From an uncultured Mageeibacillus sp. (GTDB lineage Bacteria; Bacillota; Clostridia; Saccharofermentanales; DTU023): a stretch of DNA of 64,000 bases. Each line of letters starts with the position of its first letter. Within the stretch, counting starts at the first letter, position 1. Of the stretch, positions 8,824 through 16,315 are shown piece after piece. The stretch is from the NCBI GenBank assembly GCA_964486135.1, contig CAZAKT010000005.1, positions 2,789 to 66,788 of the forward strand, given 5' to 3'. Below the pieces are notes generated by a model. It was not told the DNA's origin. It saw nothing but the letters and a program-made list of their open reading frames with translations, and made no database searches. The translations under genes and the position numbers were made by a program.

Positions 8824-9829
8824 CCGGAAAACTTTCCGGCTCGGGCGATAGGGCTGTCTTCAGCCACTTGACACCCGGCAAGGCCTCCGTCAAGCCTTCA
8901 TAGGCCCTTTCCAATCCCACCTCATCCTCATATAAGGCAAAGCAGGAAGGACCGCTCCCTGTCATAGAAACCGCGAAGGCGCCACTCGCCTTGAGCTCCT
9001 CCAGGATGGATCTGACCAGCTGGATTTTTCGGGCGATTATCTCAAGGAAATCATTCTTAATTAGGGCCGCCGTGGCCACCCTGTCGCCCTTCCCAAGGGC
9101 CTCCTTCCAGCTGGCAACTGCAGGGGGCGGCTGGGCCGCCTCCTTCCCTTCAAGGGACAGCCTCCCCTCTCTCTCCTGATCGAGCAGTTGGAAAGCTTCC
9201 GCCGTGCTGACCGAATCAGGCGGTTTGGCGATCAAGAGGGGCCAGGCGGGGCTGGCAAAGGGATCCGACAATCTTTCGCCAACCCCTCCACACAGACGGA
9301 TACCGCCTGCCAAACAGAAGGGAACATCGGCGCCGCAGCGGAGGGCGACTGTCGCAAGATCGGCCTGGTTCATCCCGTCGCACTCCAGACCATAGGCCTC
9401 AGCCAGGCCCTCCTGCCAGCATTGCCAAAGAAAGCGTAAAACAGCAGCCGCGTCAGCGCTTCCCCCTCCCAGGCCGGCCTCAAGGGGAATTCTTTTTACA
9501 ATCCGGGCCTCGAAGTCAAGAGTCCAGGGCTTGATGCCTGCCTGTTCAAAAAATAGCCGGGCAGCCTTGTGGCAAATATTGGCGGCGCCCTCCGGCATCC
9601 CCCCCTCGGAAGAGGCGACACGCCAGCCAAATCCATGGTCGCCAGCAAGTCGATTAAGAGCTTTTTGGGCAGGTTTCAGGGAAAAAAAAAGTTGGTCCGC
9701 CAGTCCTGTATTCGCCATCAATGAGACGAGCTCATGGTAGCCATCCGGCCGGCGGGCCAATATTTCAAGTGACAGGTTTACCTTCGCACGCGCCGTTTCC
9801 TGCGCTTGAAAGGGTGCGAAAGTGTTCAC
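8792..9829 (-). CDS. ispE: 4-(cytidine 5'-diphospho)-2-C-methyl-D-erythritol kinase
   Basis: 345 aa, GTG start; AKVNLSLEILARRPDGYHEL and GLGGGSADAAA GHMP-kinase motifs. The 3' end overlaps the dtd 3' end by 32 nt (convergent). Confidence 0.9.
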   Translation of the reverse strand: MNTFAPFQAQETARAKVNLSLEILARRPDGYHELVSLMANTGLADQLFFSLKPAQKALNRLAGDHGFGWRVASSEGGMPEGAANICHKAARLFFEQAGIKPWTLDFEARIVKRIPLEAGLGGGSADAAAVLRFLWQCWQEGLAEAYGLECDGMNQADLATVALRCGADVPFCLAGGIRLCGGVGERLSDPFASPAWPLLIAKPPDSVSTAEAFQLLDQEREGRLSLEGKEAAQPPPAVASWKEALGKGDRVATAALIKNDFLEIIARKIQLVRSILEELKASGAFAVSMTGSGPSCFALYEDEVGLERAYEGLTEALPGVKWLKTALSPEPESFPVKTDRYPTRL

Positions 9830-9832
9830 GAA

Positions 9833-10123
9833 CTAACGGTTGTCCTCAGGTTGTTGGAGCAGTCGCTCCAAACCCTCATCATCGAATGCGATCTCGACCA
9901 CATTGGTCAGTAGGTCGATGTAGCTAAAACATACGTGTTCATTGTAGGTTGGACTCACGGGGCAACAGACAGTGAAGACGTTTGACGAGCAATTCTCCAG
10001 GTAACCTTCGTGAATAACCGTCCTCCGGCGCCCCCCATTCGATTTAAGCATAATGCGTTGTCCAAGGCGTTCTTCCAGTTCAGCACGGCATGAGGCTAAG
10101 TCAGTTTTTGCGATCAAAGGCAT
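9833..10123 (-). CDS. veg: Veg family protein
   Basis: Track start is 10132. The second ATG (10123) has GGAG 4 nt upstream. ...LGQRIMLKSNGGRRRTVIHEGYLENCSSNVFTV... resembles B. subtilis Veg. The veg-ispE order matches Bacillus synteny. Confidence 0.85.
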   Translation of the reverse strand: MPLIAKTDLASCRAELEERLGQRIMLKSNGGRRRTVIHEGYLENCSSNVFTVCCPVSPTYNEHVCFSYIDLLTNVVEIAFDDEGLERLLQQPEDNR

Positions 10124-10174
10124 GTACTCCATCTAGTAAATGTGCGAAAGGCACATAATTGTCCATCAAACCGC

Positions 10175-10203
10175 ATTGTACCTTTTTTTGAGAGAAAATG
10201 CAA
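10175..10203 (-). promoter_or_regulatory. SigA-type promoter of veg (TTGCAT-17 nt-TACAAT)
   Basis: Minus strand: TTGCAT (10203-10198), exact 17-nt spacer, TACAAT (10180-10175), about 50 nt upstream of veg. A 6-bp hairpin (10140-10156) sits in the 5' UTR. Confidence 0.6.
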
Positions 10204-10231
10204 GTCCAGTCCCTGGAAGGAGATTAGCCTC

Positions 10232-11314
10232 CTAGGACATTTCCGTGACCAGGCCGCCCCCCAGGACCCGGTCCCCCTGGTAGAAAACCGCTGACTGTCC
10301 TGGTGATGACAAGCGGACTGGACACTCAAAGCGGATCCTGCCCCCTCCCTGTCCCTGATCGACCCACACCCGGGCCGGCAGGGGCTTGCCTTGTGAGCGG
10401 AGTTGGACGCCGGCAGAAAAGGAAGGGGGAAGCCTATGTGGCGAGAAGACTTCCGCCAGCTCCATCTCCTGGACAAAAGCTTCTTCTTCATCTCCCAGAA
10501 GGACGGTGTTTTTCTCGTGATCCAGGGCCAGAACAGTCATACGCCGGCCGAAGGATTCACCGAGATGGCGGCGCTGACCGACCGTAAACCGCCAACTCCC
10601 CCTGTGCTCCCCTATCGGCTCGCCCCTCGAATTGACAAAATAACCCGGCTTGTCCTCCAGACCCTGTCGCCCGAGAAATTGCTTCAGCTGTCCTTTGCCG
10701 ATAAAGCATATATCCTGGCTGTCCCTGCTTACTGCAGTTGGATCACCTGCTGATGAGACAAGAAGGCGGGCCTCTTCTTTAGATTTTTCCCCGAGGGGAA
10801 AGAGGACCCTGTCCAGGATCCTTGAGGGCAGCCTGTACAGGAAATAGCTCTGATCCTGGGGTCTGTGTCGGGCACGATGGAGCCAGCTGCCAGCTTCATG
10901 GGTCTCGGTACGCGCATAGTGGCCCGTCGCCAGGTAGGGGCATTCGAGCTGATCGGCCAGATCCTCCATGGTCTTGAATTTGAAATCCGGATTGCACATG
11001 ACACAAGGATTAGGGGTCTCCCCCCGTCGCCAGGCCTCCACAAAAGGCTCTACGACCTGATTGTAAAATGCCTGCCTGACATCCAGAATTATGTGGCGCA
11101 AACCAAGCAGGTCGGCCGATAGGGTCGCCTGCTCCAATCCCCTGACATGTTCCCCCTCTTCCTCCCAGGTCCTTAAGGTGACGGCAATTACCTCATAACC
11201 CTGTGCCTTCAGCAACAGGGCGGACGCCAGGCTGTCGACTCCGCCGGAAAGACCAAGGAGGACGCGGCGGGCCAAAGGACTAATAACTGGATGTGGGGTT
11301 TGTTTATTATTCAC
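10232..11314 (-). CDS. mnmA: tRNA 2-thiouridine(34) synthase MnmA
   Basis: 360 aa; PP-loop LLGLSGGVDSLASA, catalytic-Cys regions (NPCVMCN, DICF). GTG start with poor SD spacing. Confidence 0.95.
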   Translation of the reverse strand: MNNKQTPHPVISPLARRVLLGLSGGVDSLASALLLKAQGYEVIAVTLRTWEEEGEHVRGLEQATLSADLLGLRHIILDVRQAFYNQVVEPFVEAWRRGETPNPCVMCNPDFKFKTMEDLADQLECPYLATGHYARTETHEAGSWLHRARHRPQDQSYFLYRLPSRILDRVLFPLGEKSKEEARLLVSSAGDPTAVSRDSQDICFIGKGQLKQFLGRQGLEDKPGYFVNSRGEPIGEHRGSWRFTVGQRRHLGESFGRRMTVLALDHEKNTVLLGDEEEAFVQEMELAEVFSPHRLPPSFSAGVQLRSQGKPLPARVWVDQGQGGGRIRFECPVRLSSPGQSAVFYQGDRVLGGGLVTEMS

Positions 11315-11351
11315 TCCAACATTTTAAAGGATAGATGAGGCCACTGTCTAA

Positions 11352-11730
11352 CCTCGGCTGGGTCCCGGGTCCGAAGGGATCCATACGAAACGGGCAGGAT
11401 TCCCTTTTTCGGGAATCAGCTGCCCGTCCCTTCGAGGTGTACTTTCAAAGTACGCCTCCTTTCCGTCCCTTCACGACTGCTCTTGTGCCGGTCAAAGCCA
11501 GACAGCTCCACGAACGATTCCGGCGAAAAGAAATAATTCCTGTACGTTGTTGGCGCAGCCACTCTGTCCTGTTCAATTTGTGAGGTTACGCAACCCTGGC
11601 TTCAGATGTACTGCACCTCCAGACGCACGCCGCAGCCTCGCGGGACACCTGTTATTCGATTACCCTAAACCTTCCGGCGATCCAGTACTTCCGGAGCGCA
11701 CACATCCGTCTATGTAATCCAATTGAGGTT
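11352..11730 (-). promoter_or_regulatory. Long structured 5' leader or independent RNA upstream of mnmA, identity unassigned
   Basis: No ORF of 60 aa or more on this strand. Starts just downstream of a strong promoter. Contains exact 10-nt direct repeats (plus-strand CCGTCCCTTC at 11424-11433 and 11463-11472) flanking a 9-bp hairpin, and a 15-bp interrupted stem-loop (11390-11427). AACCTC (11730-11725) can pair with GAGGTT (11357-11352). Confidence 0.4.
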
Positions 11731-11736
11731 GGGAAA

Positions 11737-11765
11737 ATTTTAGCACGAATCGCTTGGATTGTCAA
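11737..11765 (-). promoter_or_regulatory. Strong SigA-type promoter (TTGACA-17 nt-TGcTAAAAT) firing toward mnmA
   Basis: Minus strand: TTGACA (11765-11760), 17-nt spacer ending in TGC (extended -10), TAAAAT (11742-11737). Confidence 0.65.
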
Positions 11766-11879
11766 TTATTTATCCTTGATAATTGAATGATTATGAATGA
11801 TTTACAGGCCTTCAGATCTCTTGCCTGGACCTATAATTCCTTGGGAGGCTTCCTGCCCTCTTATTAGCTTTTTGATGTC

Positions 11880-12317
11880 TCAATACCTGATCTCGCCCTC
11901 TCCGGATTCCTCGGCCAGGGTTGAATTCTGTTCGTAACCTTCGATCTCATAATAAATCTCTGCCCGGTCCAAAATCCGCTGGCGGGCGAGTGGCGACAGA
12001 TTATCCATAAGAAAAAGTAGTCGGGATTTTTGTTCCAGAAGGGCCACATCATCATGGCTCAGATTATTTGCCGCATCCGCGAACAGGGCGCCCGGGACAT
12101 ATGAATCAACCAAGGGTCTGTCAGACATATCTTCCATGCCAAGTATCTGATCGAGGGTGGCGCCGAACATTGTTGCCAGGCGCTTGGCGGTTTTTATATC
12201 GGGATAGTTTCTCCCGCCCTCCCACTGGCTGACTGATGTCTGGGTAACGCCCAGAGCTTCCGCAAGTTCATTTTGCGTCATATGATTCTTTTTCCGAAAA
12301 TACCGAATACCATTCAT
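11880..12317 (-). CDS. XRE-family helix-turn-helix transcriptional regulator with uncharacterised C-terminal domain
   Basis: Track ORF runs to 12377; ATG 12317 gives MNGIRYFRKKNHMTQNELAEALGVTQTSVSQWEGGRNYPD (classic HTH_3). 145 aa; C-terminal about 75 aa has no recognisable motif. Confidence 0.8.
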   Translation of the reverse strand: MNGIRYFRKKNHMTQNELAEALGVTQTSVSQWEGGRNYPDIKTAKRLATMFGATLDQILGMEDMSDRPLVDSYVPGALFADAANNLSHDDVALLEQKSRLLFLMDNLSPLARQRILDRAEIYYEIEGYEQNSTLAEESGEGEIRY

Positions 12318-12577
12318 GCTGACCGCCTTAATCCGGAGCCAAAAACTCCGCCAATCGTTGATGTCATTGCCAAGCAAGACAAAATGCGGAAACCGTAGGG
12401 ACTCATATCGAAACCCGATTATACCGCATCTGCTATGACTGTTTAATAATACACGGCACCAGCTTATAATTGCAATAGCTGAAATTTATTATCTTTACCA
12501 AGATTCCTGACCAACAGCCCCTCCAGCTTGGTGCAAATGACATGGGAGGTCCTACCTTTGTCAGGCAGACCTAATCG

Positions 12578-13588
12578 CTATTTATACCAATGGGGTACAG
12601 GAGTCCGAAATAGATCATAGCTTCGGGATAATTGGGCCAGAAGGTCGAGCGGTTCTTCCCTGTCCGGGTCACTGGCTATCTGTTCCAGCAGACGGGTCAT
12701 ATGGCGGTGGGCGAGATGGGTGAAGAAACTGGAAGGTGTATCCAGGTTGAAATAGAGGTCGATCAAATACTGCCTGTCCTGCTCGCAGGCATCCGCAAGC
12801 TCTATCAGCAGGCGGCACAAGTCGCTGTCAGCCAAATCTTCAGATAGAAAAAAAGGCTTGTCAATCAGGAGTGAACCCCGGTCCGAATAAGCAAAACAAC
12901 TTGTGATGTAAGTTCCGAAGGATAGCGTAAGCTTAGGCTTTCTGGAAGAGGCGAGGCTACGTGCGTTCCGCAAGTAGAAGCTTTTCCACCTCCTGAAAAC
13001 GGGCTTGGAGGGTATCCTCTCCTCCAGCCTGGCCACCAGCTCCTGGGCGCTGGACTCCAGCTGGGACACGACCGCACCGGCCTCACTGGAAGTCAGGAGG
13101 GGGTGGTCAGTTTGAAGGAGTCGCAGGAAGCCGGTAAGTTGGACCAGGTTTTCAAATCGTGGAGGGTTCTTCCTTGTGATGGAATCTATGTAGCCTCTCG
13201 TTGAGCGTTGACGGGAAAGGCCGAAAAAGCCCTCTTGAAGACCCAGCCACTTCATTTCCGGCAGGAGGGGGCCAAGGATGGAAAAAAGTGGCGAAATACG
13301 CGTCAGGGTTTCGCTTGCCCAGGAGAGGTGGGTCCACAATTTTCCCACCCGTTCCCACTCCCGCCAGGGTCCGTGAAAAAGCCAATGGCCGCCCTCTTCC
13401 CTGTCAAAAACCTCATAAATTGAGCAGGCCCGCCCGCTGTGACGGGCACGGCAAGACCCCAAGACCCAGCCCTGACAGCCGGGCAGTCTTCTTAAATATT
13501 CTTCTACCGCTAGGTCTTGCTTGTCCTGCTTGGGTGAAAGGCCTGAGCTGTCGGTCATATTGATCCCGCTCTCATAACCGTATGACAT
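12578..13588 (-). CDS. Hypothetical protein (336 aa); weak resemblance to APH/choline-kinase-like fold with degenerate catalytic loop
   Basis: Long ORF with coding-like composition. The segment TYITSCFAYSDRGSLLIDKPFFLSEDLADSDLCRLL loosely parallels the HxDxxxxN...IDxE...D.A.DL region of phosphotransferases but lacks H/D/N. No SD before the ATG, so the start is uncertain. Confidence 0.55.
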   Translation of the reverse strand: MSYGYESGINMTDSSGLSPKQDKQDLAVEEYLRRLPGCQGWVLGSCRARHSGRACSIYEVFDREEGGHWLFHGPWREWERVGKLWTHLSWASETLTRISPLFSILGPLLPEMKWLGLQEGFFGLSRQRSTRGYIDSITRKNPPRFENLVQLTGFLRLLQTDHPLLTSSEAGAVVSQLESSAQELVARLEERIPSKPVFRRWKSFYLRNARSLASSRKPKLTLSFGTYITSCFAYSDRGSLLIDKPFFLSEDLADSDLCRLLIELADACEQDRQYLIDLYFNLDTPSSFFTHLAHRHMTRLLEQIASDPDREEPLDLLAQLSRSYDLFRTPVPHWYK

Positions 13589-13644
13589 TGGTCAATCATA
13601 ATATAGCAGAGGAGTCGTAAGTTTTTGCGCCATATCGACGCAAG

Positions 13645-13676
13645 AAAAGGCCGCTCCGGCTTTCAGCCGGGGCGGC
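13645..13676 (-). terminator. Rho-independent terminator after the aminotransferase gene
   Basis: GC-rich stem (13650-13660 / 13666-13676, loop TTTCA), followed on the minus strand by CCTTTTCTTG. Confidence 0.6.
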
Positions 13677-13699
13677 AACTTCCAGTCCCCTGGATGTTC

Positions 13700-14902
13700 T
13701 CAGGATTTTCGGCCGGGATAGACTTTCAAGGCGGCCTTCAAGATCCGCATGGCTTCTTTCAGGTCATCTGTGTTGAGCACATAGGCGACCCGCACTTCGT
13801 CGAGACCCATACCAGGGGTTTGGTAGAAGTTCTCTGCCGGTGCCAGCATGACCGTCCCGCCGTCCAGTTCGAAGTCAGTAAGCAACCAGATGGCAAAGTC
13901 ATCCGCTTTATCAACCGGCAATTTGGCAATGGCGTAAAAAGCTCCCCCCGGCTTTTCGCAAAGCACGCCCTCCATGCCCCGCAGCGCGTCGACCAGGATG
14001 TCCCGTCGCTCTTCATAGCGTTCTCGGATGGGGGTAAAATAAGCGGGATCAAGTTCGTAGAGGGCTTTTGCCCCAATCATCTCCAGGGTCGGCGCGCACA
14101 GTCGAGCCTGCCCCAGCTTCAAGGCTGCTGTCATCACTTCTTTATTTTTACTTGTCAGGGAACCGATCCGGGCCCCACAGGCAGAAAACCGTTTGGAGAT
14201 GCTATCAATCAGGATCAGACGGTCAAGATTATCGGTCAGGGACCCAAAGCTTGTTGCCTCCTTACCGTCATAACAGAATTCGCGATAGACCTCGTCGGCG
14301 ATGATAAAGAGGCCCCGGTCACGCGCGATGTCTGAAAGCATACGGACCTCTTCCGGACTGTAGACCACCCCAGCCGGGTTTCCCGGGTTGGAAAGCAGAA
14401 AGCCGCGCGTCTTGTCTGAGATGAGTTCCTCAATCCTTTCCCTGGAAGGCAGCGCGAAGCCCTCCTCCGGGCAGGTGGTGATGGGACTGATCCCGACCAG
14501 ATAGGGAGCTGCGAAACCGCGATAGTTGGTATAGAAGGGTTCCGGCACCAATACTTCCTCACCGGTGTCACAGGCGATCAGGAGGGCCCACTGGAGGGCT
14601 TCACTGCCCCCGTTTGTAATAATGACATCCTCTGCCTCAAAGGGGAGGTCCAATCTTTTGTAATAGGCGGCGATTGCCTGGCGGAGCGGCTCCCAACCAT
14701 GGGAGTCTGCATAGGCGAGAACATCAAATTCGGCTTGCTGGACCGCCTCCATAAAGACCTTGGGTGTCTCAATATCAGGCTGGCCGATATTCAGGTGATA
14801 AACCTTGACCCCGCGTTTTTTAGCCTGATCCGCGAAGGGAACCAGCTTGCGGATGGGTGATGCCTGCATGGCCCGGCTACGGTACGACGTCCTCATTTCC
14901 AT
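13700..14902 (-). CDS. Pyridoxal-phosphate-dependent aminotransferase (class I/II, AspC-like)
   Basis: 400 aa; MQASPIRKL..., NIGQPD, ...SISKRFSACGARIG (PLP-Lys region); AAGGGGGGA RBS. Confidence 0.9.
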   Translation of the reverse strand: MEMRTSYRSRAMQASPIRKLVPFADQAKKRGVKVYHLNIGQPDIETPKVFMEAVQQAEFDVLAYADSHGWEPLRQAIAAYYKRLDLPFEAEDVIITNGGSEALQWALLIACDTGEEVLVPEPFYTNYRGFAAPYLVGISPITTCPEEGFALPSRERIEELISDKTRGFLLSNPGNPAGVVYSPEEVRMLSDIARDRGLFIIADEVYREFCYDGKEATSFGSLTDNLDRLILIDSISKRFSACGARIGSLTSKNKEVMTAALKLGQARLCAPTLEMIGAKALYELDPAYFTPIRERYEERRDILVDALRGMEGVLCEKPGGAFYAIAKLPVDKADDFAIWLLTDFELDGGTVMLAPAENFYQTPGMGLDEVRVAYVLNTDDLKEAMRILKAALKVYPGRKS

Positions 14903-14990
14903 AAATCCCCCCTTACTGCTCCAGACCGCGAATGGCCGATAACGGTTAAAAAACCGGCGGTCTATTCAATTGCGTGCTCATCATAGCATA

Positions 14991-15030
14991 GGGAAATGGA
15001 AAGGAGCGGGCCTGGTTCCCAGCCCGCTCC
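14991..15030 (-). terminator. Rho-independent terminator after the FucI-like gene
   Basis: 9-bp stem GGAGCGGGC/GCCCGCTCC (15003-15011 / 15022-15030), followed on the minus strand by TTTCCATTTCCC. Confidence 0.55.
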
Positions 15031-15058
15031 CGTAAAAATTGCCTTCCCTTCCGCCGCC

Positions 15059-16261
15059 TTAAGCGTAGGATCTGAAAAACTCCTCAATGAGCTCCTTGTG
15101 GTGGCCCAGGACGATCATATGGTGGTTGGCGATGGGCCGGCTTGTAAAATAGTCAAGACCGGAAGGGATCCCCACTTTTATCTGTGTGCGGCAGAGATTG
15201 CCTTCATGCAGGCTGGTCAGGAGATTTGCATCTGCCGCGTAGTAGGTCCTGAAATCGTCCTTGCACTTGAAGACAGTACAGGGGCCGGGTTCAAAATCTG
15301 CGCAGACCGATATACCCAGGCCGCTCTCGAAATGAGTTGTCAGCCTATAATCCCCGGACATATCCAATGGCAGGATGCAGTGGGCAAATACAATTTCCTT
15401 GTCAGCCGGGAAGAGGCGGGAGGGGTTGACCATGAAGACAGGCTGACCCGTCAATTCACCGATGACCGCCATGGAGACCAGCGAACGACTGTCGCCCTCA
15501 CAGGCCGCCCAGATGCCTTCGGCGTTGAGTATGCCAAGCGCCAGGCAACCCGTAATGCAGAAAGGTTCCAGCAAATCAAAGCAACGGAGGGTAAAGCCGT
15601 CGAGTTCATACCGATCGACAATCCGGCGACAGGCACCATAAACTTCAAGCGCCCTCTCCATTTCCTCCCCCTTGTAGCCTTTGGCTTTCAGGGCCTGGGT
15701 CCAGACATTGTCCCGGTAGCTTTTTTTATTGATCTCTTCCAGGATCTCTGGCATGGAAAGGGGGACCAGCTCCATCCCCGAGCGCTCCCGCAGCCGGTCC
15801 GCCTGAACTGGTTCACTGATCAGCCAGTCCGATTCACCCGTAACCCCCAGGCGGAGGCCGCGCAGCTTGTCACGCGTCCGGGCTACACGGAGCAGGATAT
15901 CGAGCCGCCGGGCAATCTCATTGGCGGTCCCGTGGAGTATTTCCCCCTTTTCACCCTGTTCGTTCAGATAGGAAAGAATCTCCATGGAAGCCGCAAGCGA
16001 ATTGTGGGTGGGGGTCGTCAGCAGGATGTAGGGACCTTTGACCTTCTTGTAAATCCGCTTGAAAACCTGTTCCGACCCGCCTGAGCCTACAAAAAAGAGA
16101 CTGAGCGCTTGCCGGGCGAAATCCTCTTCGTCCTGGGTGAAGGCCAGGTCTTCACCCAGGGCGTCGGAAATTCCGGCAAGAAAGGCCTCACAGTAAGCCT
16201 GCAGGTTTGGATCACGATTGTCATCGGGAGCCTTGACCAGCCAAACACTATTCCTTGTCAT
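15059..16261 (-). CDS. L-fucose/L-arabinose isomerase-like family protein (function unknown)
   Basis: 400 aa. The C-terminal half (…LRCFDLLEPFCITGCLALGILNAEGIWAACEGDSRSL…MVNPS…) resembles the sugar-isomerase FucI/AraA superfamily. AGGAGGG RBS. Separated from the upstream acyl-CoA synthetase gene by a 54-nt gap. Confidence 0.65.
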   Translation of the reverse strand: MTRNSVWLVKAPDDNRDPNLQAYCEAFLAGISDALGEDLAFTQDEEDFARQALSLFFVGSGGSEQVFKRIYKKVKGPYILLTTPTHNSLAASMEILSYLNEQGEKGEILHGTANEIARRLDILLRVARTRDKLRGLRLGVTGESDWLISEPVQADRLRERSGMELVPLSMPEILEEINKKSYRDNVWTQALKAKGYKGEEMERALEVYGACRRIVDRYELDGFTLRCFDLLEPFCITGCLALGILNAEGIWAACEGDSRSLVSMAVIGELTGQPVFMVNPSRLFPADKEIVFAHCILPLDMSGDYRLTTHFESGLGISVCADFEPGPCTVFKCKDDFRTYYAADANLLTSLHEGNLCRTQIKVGIPSGLDYFTSRPIANHHMIVLGHHKELIEEFFRSYA

Positions 16262-16315
16262 TGAAATCCCTCCTGACTGGATCCGGCTGGATCCGGATCC
16301 AGGCCCTTCACCAAT

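Noticed and set aside
9685-9693. Other homopolymers (T9 on the coding strand of ispE at 9685-9693, G7 at 9599-9605, C7 in the acyl-CoA synthetase at 18134-18140, G8 in addB at 62583-62590)
   Set aside because: They lie within essential or housekeeping genes and are in frame. I have no evidence of variability, so I note them only as possible sequencing-error hotspots.
11434-11458. tRNA-like anticodon arm (7-nt loop TTTCAAA on plus = UCA anticodon, suggestive of tRNA-Sec; UUUGAAA on minus)
   Set aside because: The stem is 9 bp, which is too long. No acceptor stem, D-arm or GGTTCGA-type T-arm can be built on either strand. The loop symmetry is a by-product of the palindrome.
11335-11583. 82-aa plus-strand ORF inside the mnmA upstream region
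   Set aside because: No RBS, an arbitrary Arg/Pro/Ser-rich product, and it lies opposite to a strong minus-strand promoter. I treat the region as non-coding.
11352-11730. Attempts to name the mnmA-upstream RNA (RNase P, tmRNA, SRP/4.5S, 6S, T-box, glycine, cobalamin, c-di-AMP riboswitches)
   Set aside because: Short resemblances exist: CCGGAAGG versus SRP domain IV, CAGGACAGAG and GAAGGGACGG versus glycine aptamers, and GCCACTG versus the B12 box. However, the order, spacing and the obligatory conserved boxes (GGAAAGTCC, GGTGGTACCGCG, AGCAGC and others) are missing. A cmscan is required.
14996-16084. 362-aa plus-strand ORF
   Set aside because: It is fully antisense to the FucI-like gene, which has an RBS, a terminator and family-like sequence. 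The translated product is Pro/Gly/Arg-rich with no motif and no SD. This is the usual mirror ORF of a high-GC coding region.
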